Shown piece after piece: positions 1-9,411 of a DNA stretch of 51,857 nucleotides; positions within the stretch are counted from its first letter, which is position 1; each line of letters opens with the position of its first letter. The position numbers and the translations under genes are program-made. The notes below the pieces were generated by a model. That model was given only the letters and a program-made list of their open reading frames with translations. It was not told the origin of the DNA and did not search any database. Source of the stretch: a virus (taxonomy: Duplodnaviria > Heunggongvirae > Uroviricota > Caudoviricetes); the IMG/VR virus record IMGVR_UViG_2925891887_000006, positions 1-51,857 of that record, one strand, 5' to 3'.

Positions 1-1206
1 TTACTTAGCGCATATTATTTTTTCTGCTAGAAAGCTAACTAAAGGAATATAGAAACTAACTAATTCTTCTGATTCAGTTAGAGGGATGTGACAATCCTCA
101 CGATTGTATTTGTCTGATGAGTGTACAAGTGCGTTTCTTATATGTTTCAGTACATGGGCTGTATTAGGAATCATATGCTCATTATTCTTAATATTTATGG
201 ATAAATTCTCGCCAAATATTTTTCTTGCTTTTGTGTAATGTTTCTCACCAATACTTTCTTCAAAATTTTCAATGAACTGCTTCAATTCATCCGGTTCAAT
301 ATATTTTTTAAGTACTCTAATCAACATGTCTTTTTCATCGGATTTATCATTATGTTTTTTGACAGTGTTTATTATTGACTCGATATCTGCTAATGATCCG
401 CTAAAATTTGTTGATTGTATGTTAGATCTTAGTTTAGCTTGTAACTCTTCTTCCGAAACACTTAGGAAGTTATATTCTAAAACATGATAATATGATAGGA
501 ATGATTGGCTTGGGAACTGGCTACTAACGGCAACTTTATAATAATTAACTAGATTTATATCATAGCTAGCAAAAGGAATATTGAGTTCAACTTCATCTTC
601 AGAAGTATATGCTATATTTAAAGAGCGGCGTTGTTTATATAGTTCCCAAGCTTGGCCGTAATCAACTGCTAGCTTGAATAAACAGCTATCGAAACATTTT
701 AATGCATCATCTAGCATTTTTTGCTGTTCGATTTTTCTCTTAAGATTATATTTTATTGTTATTGGAGTCCAAACAATAGTGTGGAAATAGACATATCCTA
801 AACGAACTCTATTAATCAGCCTTCTTTTTACAATTTTATCAATGAAGTTTTTGTAGTCTTCAGATTTAAAATGGCTAAGAGAAAATTCTTTGGTTGCTCT
901 TGATAGTTGTACTGTCTTTGATGAATTAGATTTGAATTCAAATGAAGGTGTTTCAAAAATATTTTGGTTTAATCGCTGAACAAAAACCTCAACTGTTCGA
1001 TAGCCAATCAATGTCCTCTTTTCAAGATCATATCGATATTGTCGGGATTTTGCAAAGTTAGATATTGCCTCATCATATCCTTCGTTGAATCTTACTTCCA
1101 CATCCTTGCCATCGATTTGTAAATATAATTTATCTTCTTGAACCTTACATTGAATGCCATTTGATTCGAAAACCTCTTTTACAAATTCAAAATTCATTTT
1201 TTTCAT
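1..1206 (-). CDS. Hypothetical 401-aa protein with C-terminal HEPN-like Rx4H motif (HIRNALVHS); candidate abortive-infection/defence cargo of the satellite
   Basis: Complete ORF with stop at 1..3; visibly AT-rich versus neighbours; lies distal to psu/delta where P4-like elements carry defence cargo. Confidence 0.6.
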   Translation of the reverse strand: MKKMNFEFVKEVFESNGIQCKVQEDKLYLQIDGKDVEVRFNEGYDEAISNFAKSRQYRYDLEKRTLIGYRTVEVFVQRLNQNIFETPSFEFKSNSSKTVQLSRATKEFSLSHFKSEDYKNFIDKIVKRRLINRVRLGYVYFHTIVWTPITIKYNLKRKIEQQKMLDDALKCFDSCLFKLAVDYGQAWELYKQRRSLNIAYTSEDEVELNIPFASYDINLVNYYKVAVSSQFPSQSFLSYYHVLEYNFLSVSEEELQAKLRSNIQSTNFSGSLADIESIINTVKKHNDKSDEKDMLIRVLKKYIEPDELKQFIENFEESIGEKHYTKARKIFGENLSINIKNNEHMIPNTAHVLKHIRNALVHSSDKYNREDCHIPLTESEELVSFYIPLVSFLAEKIICAK

Positions 1207-1908
1207 CCTTTTTCAATACACCGAAATGCAATACTTAATCTATCTAAACCATAACCTTTATAGAAGAATAAATATGAACATTGTTAACGGTCGAGGGAAA
1301 ATGCTCTAGTTCCTGCCTTCATGCTTCTCAAAGTGTCTTAGGTGTAAATAGCTGATATCTTGTGTGAAATGTTATCTTGTTGTAAATGGATTTGCAATGT
1401 TAACTCATGTAAAAAATAGATCATTGTCATAAAAAATGAAGTGTCTGCAAGTTAATAGGTCAGAACGCATGTAATCATAAACGGAACAAAAAACATAGCA
1501 GAAATAATGTCCGAGTTATCTACTGACATAACTAAAAAAATAATCTAAGTCTCGTCATTTCAGATAGCTTAGGAGGCTAATATCCATACCCGAATCATAG
1601 GATTTCCGTTGATAGGTAGCATATAAGAATGAGAGAAAATCAGCTGAGAGCGCATTAACCGATAGTGGTGGACTTATCCAGTTTGATTGATACAACGAAA
1701 CTGATAATGATAGTCGGTTAAGGTAGTTTAGCGCACAGCCCCGCACGCCTGCCCGCTTCGCTTAACAGACTGGTTTTCATGCATGCCATAAATCGTCTCA
1801 GTTACCACCATACAAAGGTTTTCGCCTCAAAAAAGGTGCATAAGACTCATGCGTTTTCATGCGCCATAGACATGCACTCATGCGCTCTCAGGCCAGCCAG
1901 GGAAAAGG

Positions 1909-1937
1909 TGTTAAAAATCCCGGCACTCGACCGGGAT
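1909..1937 (-). terminator. Intrinsic terminator downstream of ogr/delta
   Basis: Stem ATCCCGG/CCGGGAT with 7-nt loop at 1917..1937, followed on the minus strand by a T-run; about 20 nt after the delta stop. Confidence 0.5.
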
Positions 1938-1957
1938 TACGTGGGCGTTTTTTCTAA

Positions 1958-2239
1958 TCAGACAGGAATCTGCTGACGGCTTGACAGTTTTGACGCGGAG
2001 CCATAGCGATTGAGCGTTTGCTGTTGTTTTACCGGGGTTTGTGATTTGTCTGGTTCCTGTTCATTGCGCCGGGGTTTCATGATTATCTTATCCACACTCT
2101 CCAGTGCCGTAAATGTGCAGGAACATTCCAGATTCTGGCACTGATACCACGAGCGTTTAACTGACGGAGCTTCATAGGCTGCTGTTCTGGCGTGTGCAAC
2201 TGTACCGCATTCCGGACATTTAAGTGCCATTAATATCAC
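1958..2239 (-). CDS. Ogr/Delta-family zinc-finger late transcription activator
   Basis: CPECG...AHART...YQCQNLECSCTF matches the P2 Ogr / P4 Delta Cys4 pattern. Confidence 0.85.
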   Translation of the reverse strand: MILMALKCPECGTVAHARTAAYEAPSVKRSWYQCQNLECSCTFTALESVDKIIMKPRRNEQEPDKSQTPVKQQQTLNRYGSASKLSSRQQIPV

Positions 2240-2787
2240 TCCTGTATATCGTTAATGTCATTCAGGCGTTGCTGAAAACGCAGGTGTTGTGCCGGGGTGT
2301 AAGAGCCCTGGCAATCACGAATCATCCCGGGGTCAGGCATCAAACCGGATTCATCTAGGATCTCACGATAATCCCCGACAATTTCAGGCGGTGTTATTGC
2401 CAGCTGGCGAACCAGAGCACTGCGTAATATACGAAACGCAACGTCAACCCCTCCGCGTCCCTTCAGGAACGGAGCCAGTGCAGATGTCAGGGCTGCCCCA
2501 TTCGCCTGCATAAAATTGCTGAGAGCAGCTTCTGTGCAGGCCTCCATCAATAAATGCTGCGAGTAAATGCATTCGCGCGCAGCACAGTTAATTTGCCATT
2601 TCAGCACATCCAGACGTTCCCGCAGTAATTCGAGCTGTCGGGCATAATCTGCTGGTTTTTCTGTGGCAGTGAGGAGAGATGCTATCTGTTGTTCAACGGC
2701 TTTTCGGCTCTCACTATGTCCGGCCCACAGAATACGGGCATTCCGAAAACTGGTAAGTGCCTGGTCAGGTGTGCCTCGGGCCGTCAT
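2236..2787 (-). CDS. psu: Psu-like polarity suppression protein
   Basis: 183 aa; resembles P4 Psu as recalled (ALTSALAP, TPAQ segments); start overlaps sid stop. Confidence 0.6.
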   Translation of the reverse strand: MTARGTPDQALTSFRNARILWAGHSESRKAVEQQIASLLTATEKPADYARQLELLRERLDVLKWQINCAARECIYSQHLLMEACTEAALSNFMQANGAALTSALAPFLKGRGGVDVAFRILRSALVRQLAITPPEIVGDYREILDESGLMPDPGMIRDCQGSYTPAQHLRFQQRLNDINDIQE

Positions 2788-3527
2788 ACTGCTTTCTCCT
2801 TCTCAGCAAGTTCCTGACGAACCTTTATTTTATGCATAGCTGCCGGAGAGAGTTGATTACTGAAATCCAGACGCGCCGCATAATCCGGGGCAACTCCCGC
2901 CAGTTTAAACACCGGGTCCTGTTCAGGCATCGCATCGTTAGCCAGAGCCGGTCTGGTGATATGTTTATGAATAAAGTCTTTCAGCACTGTGTCCGGGTCA
3001 TTAACTGAATTCACCACACCCACAACGGCACTGGCTTCCCGGCCCATTGTGGATTTAAGCAGGCTCAGCGTCTGAATAAGCGCTTTTCCATGCGACTGCA
3101 TAAAATCTTCCCAGATTTGTTTTGCGCGAATATCTACAAGGATGTTATGCGCGTGGATATACTTTCCGGCTAATTCCGCAGCTTTCTGCGGCAAAAGTGC
3201 ATTTTCGCTTTCCTGAGCCGCCAGCAGCTCATCAAAATCCTCAAGCGTTTCTCGTCCCAGCGCAATTTCCGTGCGCAGTTTTTTCATTTCCTTTGAGACC
3301 ACGCCCTGACTTTCACGAAACAGCGTGCGCCACTCCTCATTCAGTGTGTTCGTCGTGGCTTCCATTTCAGCGCGACGCTGGCGGATTGTCGCAATATTAT
3401 CCGCTGCCGCTTTCTGCTGACGACGTGCTTCAAGCCATGCGTTTCTGGCTGTGTTCATGGTTTCCAGTGCCCGCTGCGTTACAGCCGGAAAAGTGGAAAG
3501 GTTGTTATTCACTGCGGTGTTGTTCAT
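2784..3527 (-). CDS. sid: Sid-like capsid size-determination (external scaffold) protein
   Basis: 247 aa, coiled-coil-like; EEWRTLFRESQGVVS resembles P4 Sid as recalled; position upstream of psu. Confidence 0.5.
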   Translation of the reverse strand: MNNTAVNNNLSTFPAVTQRALETMNTARNAWLEARRQQKAAADNIATIRQRRAEMEATTNTLNEEWRTLFRESQGVVSKEMKKLRTEIALGRETLEDFDELLAAQESENALLPQKAAELAGKYIHAHNILVDIRAKQIWEDFMQSHGKALIQTLSLLKSTMGREASAVVGVVNSVNDPDTVLKDFIHKHITRPALANDAMPEQDPVFKLAGVAPDYAARLDFSNQLSPAAMHKIKVRQELAEKEKAV

Positions 3528-3706
3528 GACTTCTCCTGTCGGGGTGGTTAGTTACGTCAATTGTGTCGTGGCTGACACAAGCACACTATCGGTGCTCAGT
3601 GTGTGGTGGCTGGCACAACGGGCGCTTGCGGTTATTCCGACGTGGCTATGAAAGCCAGCCAGATAAAAATGCCCACTGTTTCAGTCTGCTTTATGTCCCT
3701 GATGCG

Positions 3707-3894
3707 GTGGAACAGGTGAAACATGTGTTACACCTTTGTTTTATAAAGCATTTATATACACTGCACCGGTGGAACATCGCGGGTAACAAGGTGGAACAGC
3801 GGATTGGCTGGCGTTACATCTGTTCCACCTCACTATTTCAGAAGGTGGAACAGGTTCAGCCCTGTAAAATACGGTTGTTCCACCTGTTTCACCT
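3707..3894. repeat. Alpha-binding octamer iteron cluster (crr/ori-like): GGTGGAACA / TGTTCCACC, at least 6 copies in both orientations
   Basis: Copies at 3707, 3768, 3790, 3844 (plus) and 3821, 3877, 3886 (minus, last one TGTTTCACC variant), immediately downstream of the alpha gene. Confidence 0.65.
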
Positions 3895-3927
3895 GTTACC
3901 CTTAATAAATAAGACTCACGCAAAGTC

Positions 3928-6600
3928 TTAACCCGGCACCTCGCTGTTGAAGACATAGAGCCTGCGGGGATTCATCTCTGGCGGGCGAATGGTTGTCTGG
4001 AGTTTGCCATCAGTGGAGGGCAGCAGGTATCCACGATCTGCGCACAGACGCGCCACCTTGCGCGGGTCAAATCCCCTGCAGATTTCTTTCCAGCCGGACG
4101 GCATGACATAGAACGTAGTGACAGCTTCCGTGCCCTGCGCGGTACTGCCTTTCTCCACCCTGCGCCAGCCCACCATATTGCCGGGGCGGTTGCGCTCGTC
4201 ATACCAGTCTGCAAAGCGGCTGTACTGATTCGCGGTAAAGAAACTGCGAACCTGCTCCAGTGCGGCGATATCTTCCTGATTGGCGGTGTGCCCGCGATCT
4301 TTCAGCCATGCGTTCAGGCAGACGCGGGTTGCCCGCAGTGCTTCACCCTCAGGCCAGCCGGTGATACCCAGACGGGTTGCCAGTTCACCTGCCATCGCCA
4401 CCAGTGCAAAGCGGTTCACAGCCCGTCCCACCTGATTGCCTGCATCTTTCGGAGTCAGGGCGGCAGCATATTCCTTCATCAGCGATTTTGCCTGTGCCGT
4501 TAGTCCGTTAAGATCAGCGGTCAGTGCTTTCAGCCACTCCCGGAACGGCGAACCGTAGTAGCAGGACGTGGCCCATTCAAGATGCTCTGCCAGAGCCTTG
4601 CCGCTGTCGAAGCCGTGCAGCTCCTCAAAAACGCCAAACTTCCCGGAATCGCTGGGGATCTGGATCATCCTGACTTCCATCCCGGCAAAAGTACGCTCAC
4701 CGGCCTTTGCCGCATGTTCGGTCAGAGACAATTCGCCAGTTGAAAAGAACAACAGGCGCCACTGCTTACGGGTACGCAGCTCACCGTCCGTACCGGCACG
4801 GCCCTTGCCCTGACCGTTTGCCAGCATGTAGGCGATATTGCCTGCCTCGCGTCCGTCAACTTCCCGGATCTCATCAAGCATCATGGCGGCATCGTTGCGG
4901 CGGCTGGCGCATCCCTCCAGCGCGTTGCCGGTGGCCCGCCATGTCTGCCAGTAGTCAGGCCCGCCGCAGACGGAGGTTGCCGCTTTCATGGTGGTAGTCT
5001 TACCGTCTGTCGATTCCCCTTTGAGGTGGTAGCCGCCGCCGTCCATACCCACCAGCCGTAACAGTGGTGCAGCAAAGGCCAGGCTGACAGCAAATGCCAC
5101 GCGGGAGTTGCCGGTACAGTAGCGGGATACATGCTCCCGCCATTCCTCTGTTGTGCCCGACACGCGGAAATCACGCCCCTGCACGGAAGTGGTCTGGAGA
5201 ATGACACCCTCTGCACCTTCACCGCTGACCTCATCCTGCAGGACGTAAACCTGACCATGCCAGCCAGTACGACTGACGCAGGTCACGCGGCGTTCCGGTT
5301 TACACAGTGAGATATATTCCATCAGGCGTGCGCGTGCCTCACCGGTGGTGCTGATATAAGACAGCCCGTTAACCAGCAGTACCCGGCGCAGTTCCTCACC
5401 ACTGCCGCTCAGCATTTCCATCGGCATCGCCCAGCGGCGACACTCACCCCACGTATCTTCCCATTCCAGCAGTCGTCCGAAGTTACCGCCATCGGCATCG
5501 CAGGTGATTGCCGTCACACGCAGCGGGCTGCATATTTTGACGTTCTGGATCTCCGTCTCACCGTTGCGCTGTACCTGCTTTTCATACCAGAGATATTCCT
5601 GGGTAAGACGGAACCCGTGCGGCAGTTGCGTGCGGCCTTCCCCGCACAGTACCAGACCGTTGCGAAAGGCTTCACGGGCACGGGTAATACCATGCTCCCG
5701 ATGAAAGTCATTCCAGTCAGCCTTAATCTCTCCTGGTGGCAGCGTCATCCAGCCGCCAACAGATTTTGCCGCCCGTTCAGCAAAGGCTCTGCCGGGATTC
5801 TCCCCCCCGTCCTGAAAATCGTTATCACCGGCGATGATAATTTTTACCTCAGGCCAGCGTGCCCGCAGCGACTGCGCCACATTGGGCAGATTGCCCGCAG
5901 ATATGGCAGCCACTACGCATCCGGCAGTGAGCTGGCTTACCGTCAGCGCCGTAGCGTAACCTTCGGTAATCACCACCTGTACCGGTGGTTCAGACGGTAA
6001 CGGGCTGAGCGACACAAACGCGCCTTTCATCGTGCTGCCGGGCAGTATGCTTTTTTCACCCGTCGGGGCGATAAGCTGTGCACCGGTCACGGCTCCGGTA
6101 TTGGTCGTGAGTGGTAACAGCAGGGAACCGGCAGGAAAATCCTTACCGCTGATATGCTGCACGCTTCCGGTCAGAGAGGCCGGGTATCCGGCGAACCCTT
6201 TTCCTGTCAGATAGGCGCTTTCTCCCGTGTGGCTCTCTTTCATCAGCGCCGCCACGGTAAGACCCATGTCGCGTTTAGGGGCTTTTTGTCTGGCAGGCTT
6301 AACAGGCAGTTCCTGCACATCCGGCACATTAAGCATCTGCGCCACCTCCTGCGCAGCCTTTCTGACGCTGTAACCGGTTACGAGCTTAACCAGATCCAGA
6401 CCGTCACCATTGCCACACTGGCTGCAGATCCACGTCCCGCGCCCGTCAAGGTCATCAAGGCGAAAACGATCCTTGCCCCCACATTTCGGGCAGGGACCGT
6501 GCCTGCCGTTTTCAGGTACATCAATACGCAGCATCTGCAGAATAACGGGCCATTTCCCCCGCGCGGCGGCTGAAATCTGCGTAACCGTCTGTATTGTCAT
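3928..6600 (-). CDS. P4 alpha-type primase/helicase (N-terminal zinc ribbon, primase, P-loop helicase)
   Basis: 890 aa; CPKCGG...CSQCG zinc-binding motif; GESTDGKTT Walker A. Confidence 0.9.
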   Translation of the reverse strand: MTIQTVTQISAAARGKWPVILQMLRIDVPENGRHGPCPKCGGKDRFRLDDLDGRGTWICSQCGNGDGLDLVKLVTGYSVRKAAQEVAQMLNVPDVQELPVKPARQKAPKRDMGLTVAALMKESHTGESAYLTGKGFAGYPASLTGSVQHISGKDFPAGSLLLPLTTNTGAVTGAQLIAPTGEKSILPGSTMKGAFVSLSPLPSEPPVQVVITEGYATALTVSQLTAGCVVAAISAGNLPNVAQSLRARWPEVKIIIAGDNDFQDGGENPGRAFAERAAKSVGGWMTLPPGEIKADWNDFHREHGITRAREAFRNGLVLCGEGRTQLPHGFRLTQEYLWYEKQVQRNGETEIQNVKICSPLRVTAITCDADGGNFGRLLEWEDTWGECRRWAMPMEMLSGSGEELRRVLLVNGLSYISTTGEARARLMEYISLCKPERRVTCVSRTGWHGQVYVLQDEVSGEGAEGVILQTTSVQGRDFRVSGTTEEWREHVSRYCTGNSRVAFAVSLAFAAPLLRLVGMDGGGYHLKGESTDGKTTTMKAATSVCGGPDYWQTWRATGNALEGCASRRNDAAMMLDEIREVDGREAGNIAYMLANGQGKGRAGTDGELRTRKQWRLLFFSTGELSLTEHAAKAGERTFAGMEVRMIQIPSDSGKFGVFEELHGFDSGKALAEHLEWATSCYYGSPFREWLKALTADLNGLTAQAKSLMKEYAAALTPKDAGNQVGRAVNRFALVAMAGELATRLGITGWPEGEALRATRVCLNAWLKDRGHTANQEDIAALEQVRSFFTANQYSRFADWYDERNRPGNMVGWRRVEKGSTAQGTEAVTTFYVMPSGWKEICRGFDPRKVARLCADRGYLLPSTDGKLQTTIRPPEMNPRRLYVFNSEVPG

Positions 6601-6980
6601 ACTTCCCCCTGATACAACGTCACACCGGTACTGCAGCAGACATCAAAGGCCGCCGGAAGCGTGCGGTACATCTCCGCCATTACTTCACAACCGCGCGCGG
6701 TCAGTACCGGCGGCGCGGTCAGCAGTGACGGCTCCAGCATGTCAGTCAGCAGTGCCAGCGCGGCAGCGGCGCCCTGTGCTTCGCCGTACTCGTTAATCAG
6801 TGCGCACTCGATATGCAGCGCAATGGCCATTTCAATACGCTCCACCGTCAGGCTGTGCGGACCATACTGATCATTGCCAGTTTCGTTCAGCATTTTCTGC
6901 CGCCATGCTGAAGCAATAGCCCACCGGTAAAGCGCGGTGGTCATTTCTGCCGGGAAAATGGAAACCTGCGGCTGGTTCAT
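6597..6980 (-). CDS. Hypothetical protein, satellite early operon
   Basis: 127-aa ORF translationally coupled to alpha (4-nt overlap). Confidence 0.5.
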   Translation of the reverse strand: MNQPQVSIFPAEMTTALYRWAIASAWRQKMLNETGNDQYGPHSLTVERIEMAIALHIECALINEYGEAQGAAAALALLTDMLEPSLLTAPPVLTARGCEVMAEMYRTLPAAFDVCCSTGVTLYQGEV

Positions 6981-7261
6981 CTGGCACCTCCTTCAATCAG
7001 TGCGCAGCTGTGTGCAATATCCGTCAAATCTGCCCGCAGGTACTCCATCAGCGCGGCGACACCAGGCGCAAAGCCTGCGTCCAGTGCTCCGGCCTGAGAC
7101 GGGTATTCAGAAAAGAGAAGCTGGAGCATGTCGCAGGCATTTCTTGCGCGGGTCAGCTTTCCGAAACCGTCCTCTGACAACCCATAGGCAAAAGCACCGG
7201 TATTGTGTTTTTCAGGCAAAGTCTGGCCCTGAGCACCGTTGTGCCCGTTTGAAATATTCAT
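6977..7261 (-). CDS. Hypothetical protein, satellite early operon (epsilon position)
   Basis: 94-aa ORF overlapping the downstream gene start. Confidence 0.5.
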   Translation of the reverse strand: MNISNGHNGAQGQTLPEKHNTGAFAYGLSEDGFGKLTRARNACDMLQLLFSEYPSQAGALDAGFAPGVAALMEYLRADLTDIAHSCALIEGGAR

Positions 7262-7292
7262 TGTGGATTACTCCGTTTTCAGCGGTGTTTTG

Positions 7293-7652
7293 TCAGAGAA
7301 ACTTTGAATAGTGACCGTCATCAGGCTCAGCAGAACACCATATGCTACGCTCCCGCCAGCGGATAAATAGCACAGACGGATGCAGTGTCAGCGGGCCGGA
7401 ACCACTACCGCCTGCAGGAGCTGGTGCAGGCTTAAAGAGCGGTACATCAAACAGGCGCGTATATCGCTGTTCAAACCATGCCAGAGGGCAGGAAGAAAGC
7501 TGGTTGTCGCTGTCATGACGTATCAGCACTTCACAGCTGAATTCAGGATTAACCAGCGCCACAGAGGGCGAGGCTTCTATTAATCGGATAATCGTGACCG
7601 TCCAGCCACGTTCATGCTGCCAGCGTTCGCCGGGATGCGGATAATTACGCAT
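7293..7652 (-). CDS. Hypothetical protein, satellite early operon
   Basis: ORF-track frame; start placed at internal Met (MRNYPHPGERW) to limit overlap. Confidence 0.4.
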   Translation of the reverse strand: MRNYPHPGERWQHERGWTVTIIRLIEASPSVALVNPEFSCEVLIRHDSDNQLSSCPLAWFEQRYTRLFDVPLFKPAPAPAGGSGSGPLTLHPSVLFIRWRERSIWCSAEPDDGHYSKFL

Positions 7653-7821
7653 GTTCACCTCCGCAGGGAATGCGCCCGGCAAAGCTCAGTACATAGTCCG
7701 GGGCAAGTCTGCGCCGCGCTGATCGCTCGTTATCTGCGGTGATCCTTAACATTACCGGACGGGCATTACGTTGACTGCGGTTGATCGCCGCAAATAACCA
7801 GGTACACTTCTGTTTAGCCAT
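7645..7821 (-). CDS. Small basic protein, Icd/Kil-like (possible host cell-division inhibitor)
   Basis: 58 aa from internal Met MAKQKCTWLF; first gene of the leftward satellite operon. Confidence 0.45.
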   Translation of the reverse strand: MAKQKCTWLFAAINRSQRNARPVMLRITADNERSARRRLAPDYVLSFAGRIPCGGEHA

Positions 7822-7937
7822 CTTCGTTACCTCATATAACGTGCTGGTCAGACGCCTCGGTGGTGCTGCAAACACTCCGGGGCGTTGCTATTTTGTTTTT
7901 CTGTGTGTAATGTGTCATTACACATAAATACATTACA

Positions 7938-8132
7938 ATGGGTGTAATTGACGTGTCAACACACAAAAATGAAAGACGTGGGAATCCGCCATTCCAGTTC
8001 CGACTTGACCCTGAACTGCGTGAACTGATGGAACAAGCACAACAGCAGGATGGCGATGAATCGCTAGCGGCTTGGATCAAGCGCATTCTACGCAAAGAGT
8101 TACAAAGCCGAGGTTTAGAACCAAAGAATTGA
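7938..8132 (+). CDS. Ribbon-helix-helix (Arc/CopG-like) DNA-binding protein, candidate satellite repressor
   Basis: 64 aa; FQFRLDPELRELMEQA...AWIKRILRKEL fits a beta-strand plus two helices; divergent from the early operon, start embedded in palindromes. Confidence 0.5.
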   Translation: MGVIDVSTHKNERRGNPPFQFRLDPELRELMEQAQQQDGDESLAAWIKRILRKELQSRGLEPKN

Positions 8133-8181
8133 TTAATACGTTGGGGAGGCTTTTTTCTCCCCAGCTTTGTTAATATTGTCA

Positions 8182-8397
8182 TTACACTACTTCCTCCAAT
8201 CCTGCTGATTGAGCTTTAACCCACTGCCTAATTTCTTGTGCATCGTAAACAGATACCCGTTTTGAAATGCGTATAGATTTGGGAAATTCAGGATTGTTCT
8301 TTTCCCAGCGCCAGAGAGTAACCGTACTTATTTGCAAAAAGTCAGCAGTAGCTCGTGGGCGGGCATGTCCAGTGATAGGATAAGTTTTTAATGTCAT
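8182..8397 (-). CDS. alpA: AlpA/Vis-family transcriptional regulator
   Basis: 71 aa with HTH; typical partner of P4-type integrases. Confidence 0.8.
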   Translation of the reverse strand: MTLKTYPITGHARPRATADFLQISTVTLWRWEKNNPEFPKSIRISKRVSVYDAQEIRQWVKAQSAGLEEVV

Positions 8398-8499
8398 GAA
8401 ATTACCTGCCGTGTTATGTAATGAACACGGCAGATACTATGGGGATATCAAAATGCTGTGAAGGTAGTGTAATCAACTCTACCTGTAGATTGTTTCAGT

Positions 8500-9381
8500 C
8501 TACCCCTTTTGTTTTAATCCCGCATGATTAACCGCTAATCGTAATTTTCTTAAGATTTCTTGTTCATTAGTGATAAATATTGGAGGTAGCTCTCCTAAAT
8601 GTTTAATTATGGCGTTAGTCCACTTTTCAGGACTTATCTCTTTTCTTTCACCACGACATTCGCTTGGGTATTTTGCTAATATATATATGGCTGCATTTAA
8701 TAACCCCCCCCTATTTTTTGCATGATGCTCAGCAGTGTTATTTAATCGCTTGGGGATTTTAGGTTCAGATGAAATTCTTTTCGTAAGTAAACTTGGCATA
8801 GGAATTCCAGTTTTTACTGATTTCCATATTAACTCTAAATCTCTTCGCATGATAAGAAGATCTTCAAATGGAATATCAATGACCTTATTTCCTTCATATG
8901 AGGCCGTTGCCATCAAAACATTATCTCGTATTTTTACCGGTTTAAGCCTGAATTCATAATCTGGATCTATAGCTAATCCATTTTTTATGTCACTTATCAT
9001 ATCATCGGCGTACCAAATACCACAGGCAAATCCTATAATTTGAAGCCCATTTTCAAAATGTTCAAAGGAGTCATCTTTAAGGTCATACCATATTGTTGAA
9101 AATTCCATCTCTAGTGATTGATTAGTTAATACGGGATGAATTAAGTCAATTTCCATTTTCTGATTTTTATAGAGGAAATTAACATTAAATCTAACTGCAA
9201 GTCCATCCGCCTTGAATGCGATATTAAAAGCGCCTATTTCGTATAGGTGTAATAAATCATCAATCTCGCATTCTAATAGTCTTGAAGCGCGTTCAAATGA
9301 ACAATATTCTAATGGTGGTATTTTTTTGTCAATCCATAGATTTCCTAAGAATATAGTTTCATTCTCTTTTGAATGCTGCAT
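8500..9381 (-). CDS. Hypothetical AT-rich 293-aa protein between int and alpA (accessory cargo)
   Basis: Long ORF, low GC versus flanking int and alpA, no recognisable motif. Confidence 0.6.
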   Translation of the reverse strand: MQHSKENETIFLGNLWIDKKIPPLEYCSFERASRLLECEIDDLLHLYEIGAFNIAFKADGLAVRFNVNFLYKNQKMEIDLIHPVLTNQSLEMEFSTIWYDLKDDSFEHFENGLQIIGFACGIWYADDMISDIKNGLAIDPDYEFRLKPVKIRDNVLMATASYEGNKVIDIPFEDLLIMRRDLELIWKSVKTGIPMPSLLTKRISSEPKIPKRLNNTAEHHAKNRGGLLNAAIYILAKYPSECRGERKEISPEKWTNAIIKHLGELPPIFITNEQEILRKLRLAVNHAGLKQKG

Positions 9382-9411
9382 TATGACCTCTGTTTTAAAT
9401 TATAAGAAAAT

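Noticed and set aside
1735-1760. Possible P2/P4-type cos site (GGCAGGCGTGCGGGGCTG on the minus strand)
   Set aside because: Only loosely resembles the P2/P4 cohesive-end sequence as I recall it; not enough identity to call without an alignment.
1555-1976. ORFs 1555..1746 (-) and 1779..1976 (+) in the leader between the cargo gene and delta
   Set aside because: Short, no RBS, and they overlap a terminator hairpin; the region is more plausibly regulatory.
3563-3931. 122-aa plus-strand ORF between sid and alpha
   Set aside because: It overlaps the GGTGGAACA iteron cluster and its peptide is dominated by the repeat; better explained as non-coding crr/ori DNA.
3972-6573. Multiple 60-140-aa ORFs on both strands inside the alpha primase gene
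   Set aside because: Antisense or out-of-frame ORFs within a well-supported 890-aa gene of high GC; typical spurious ORFs.
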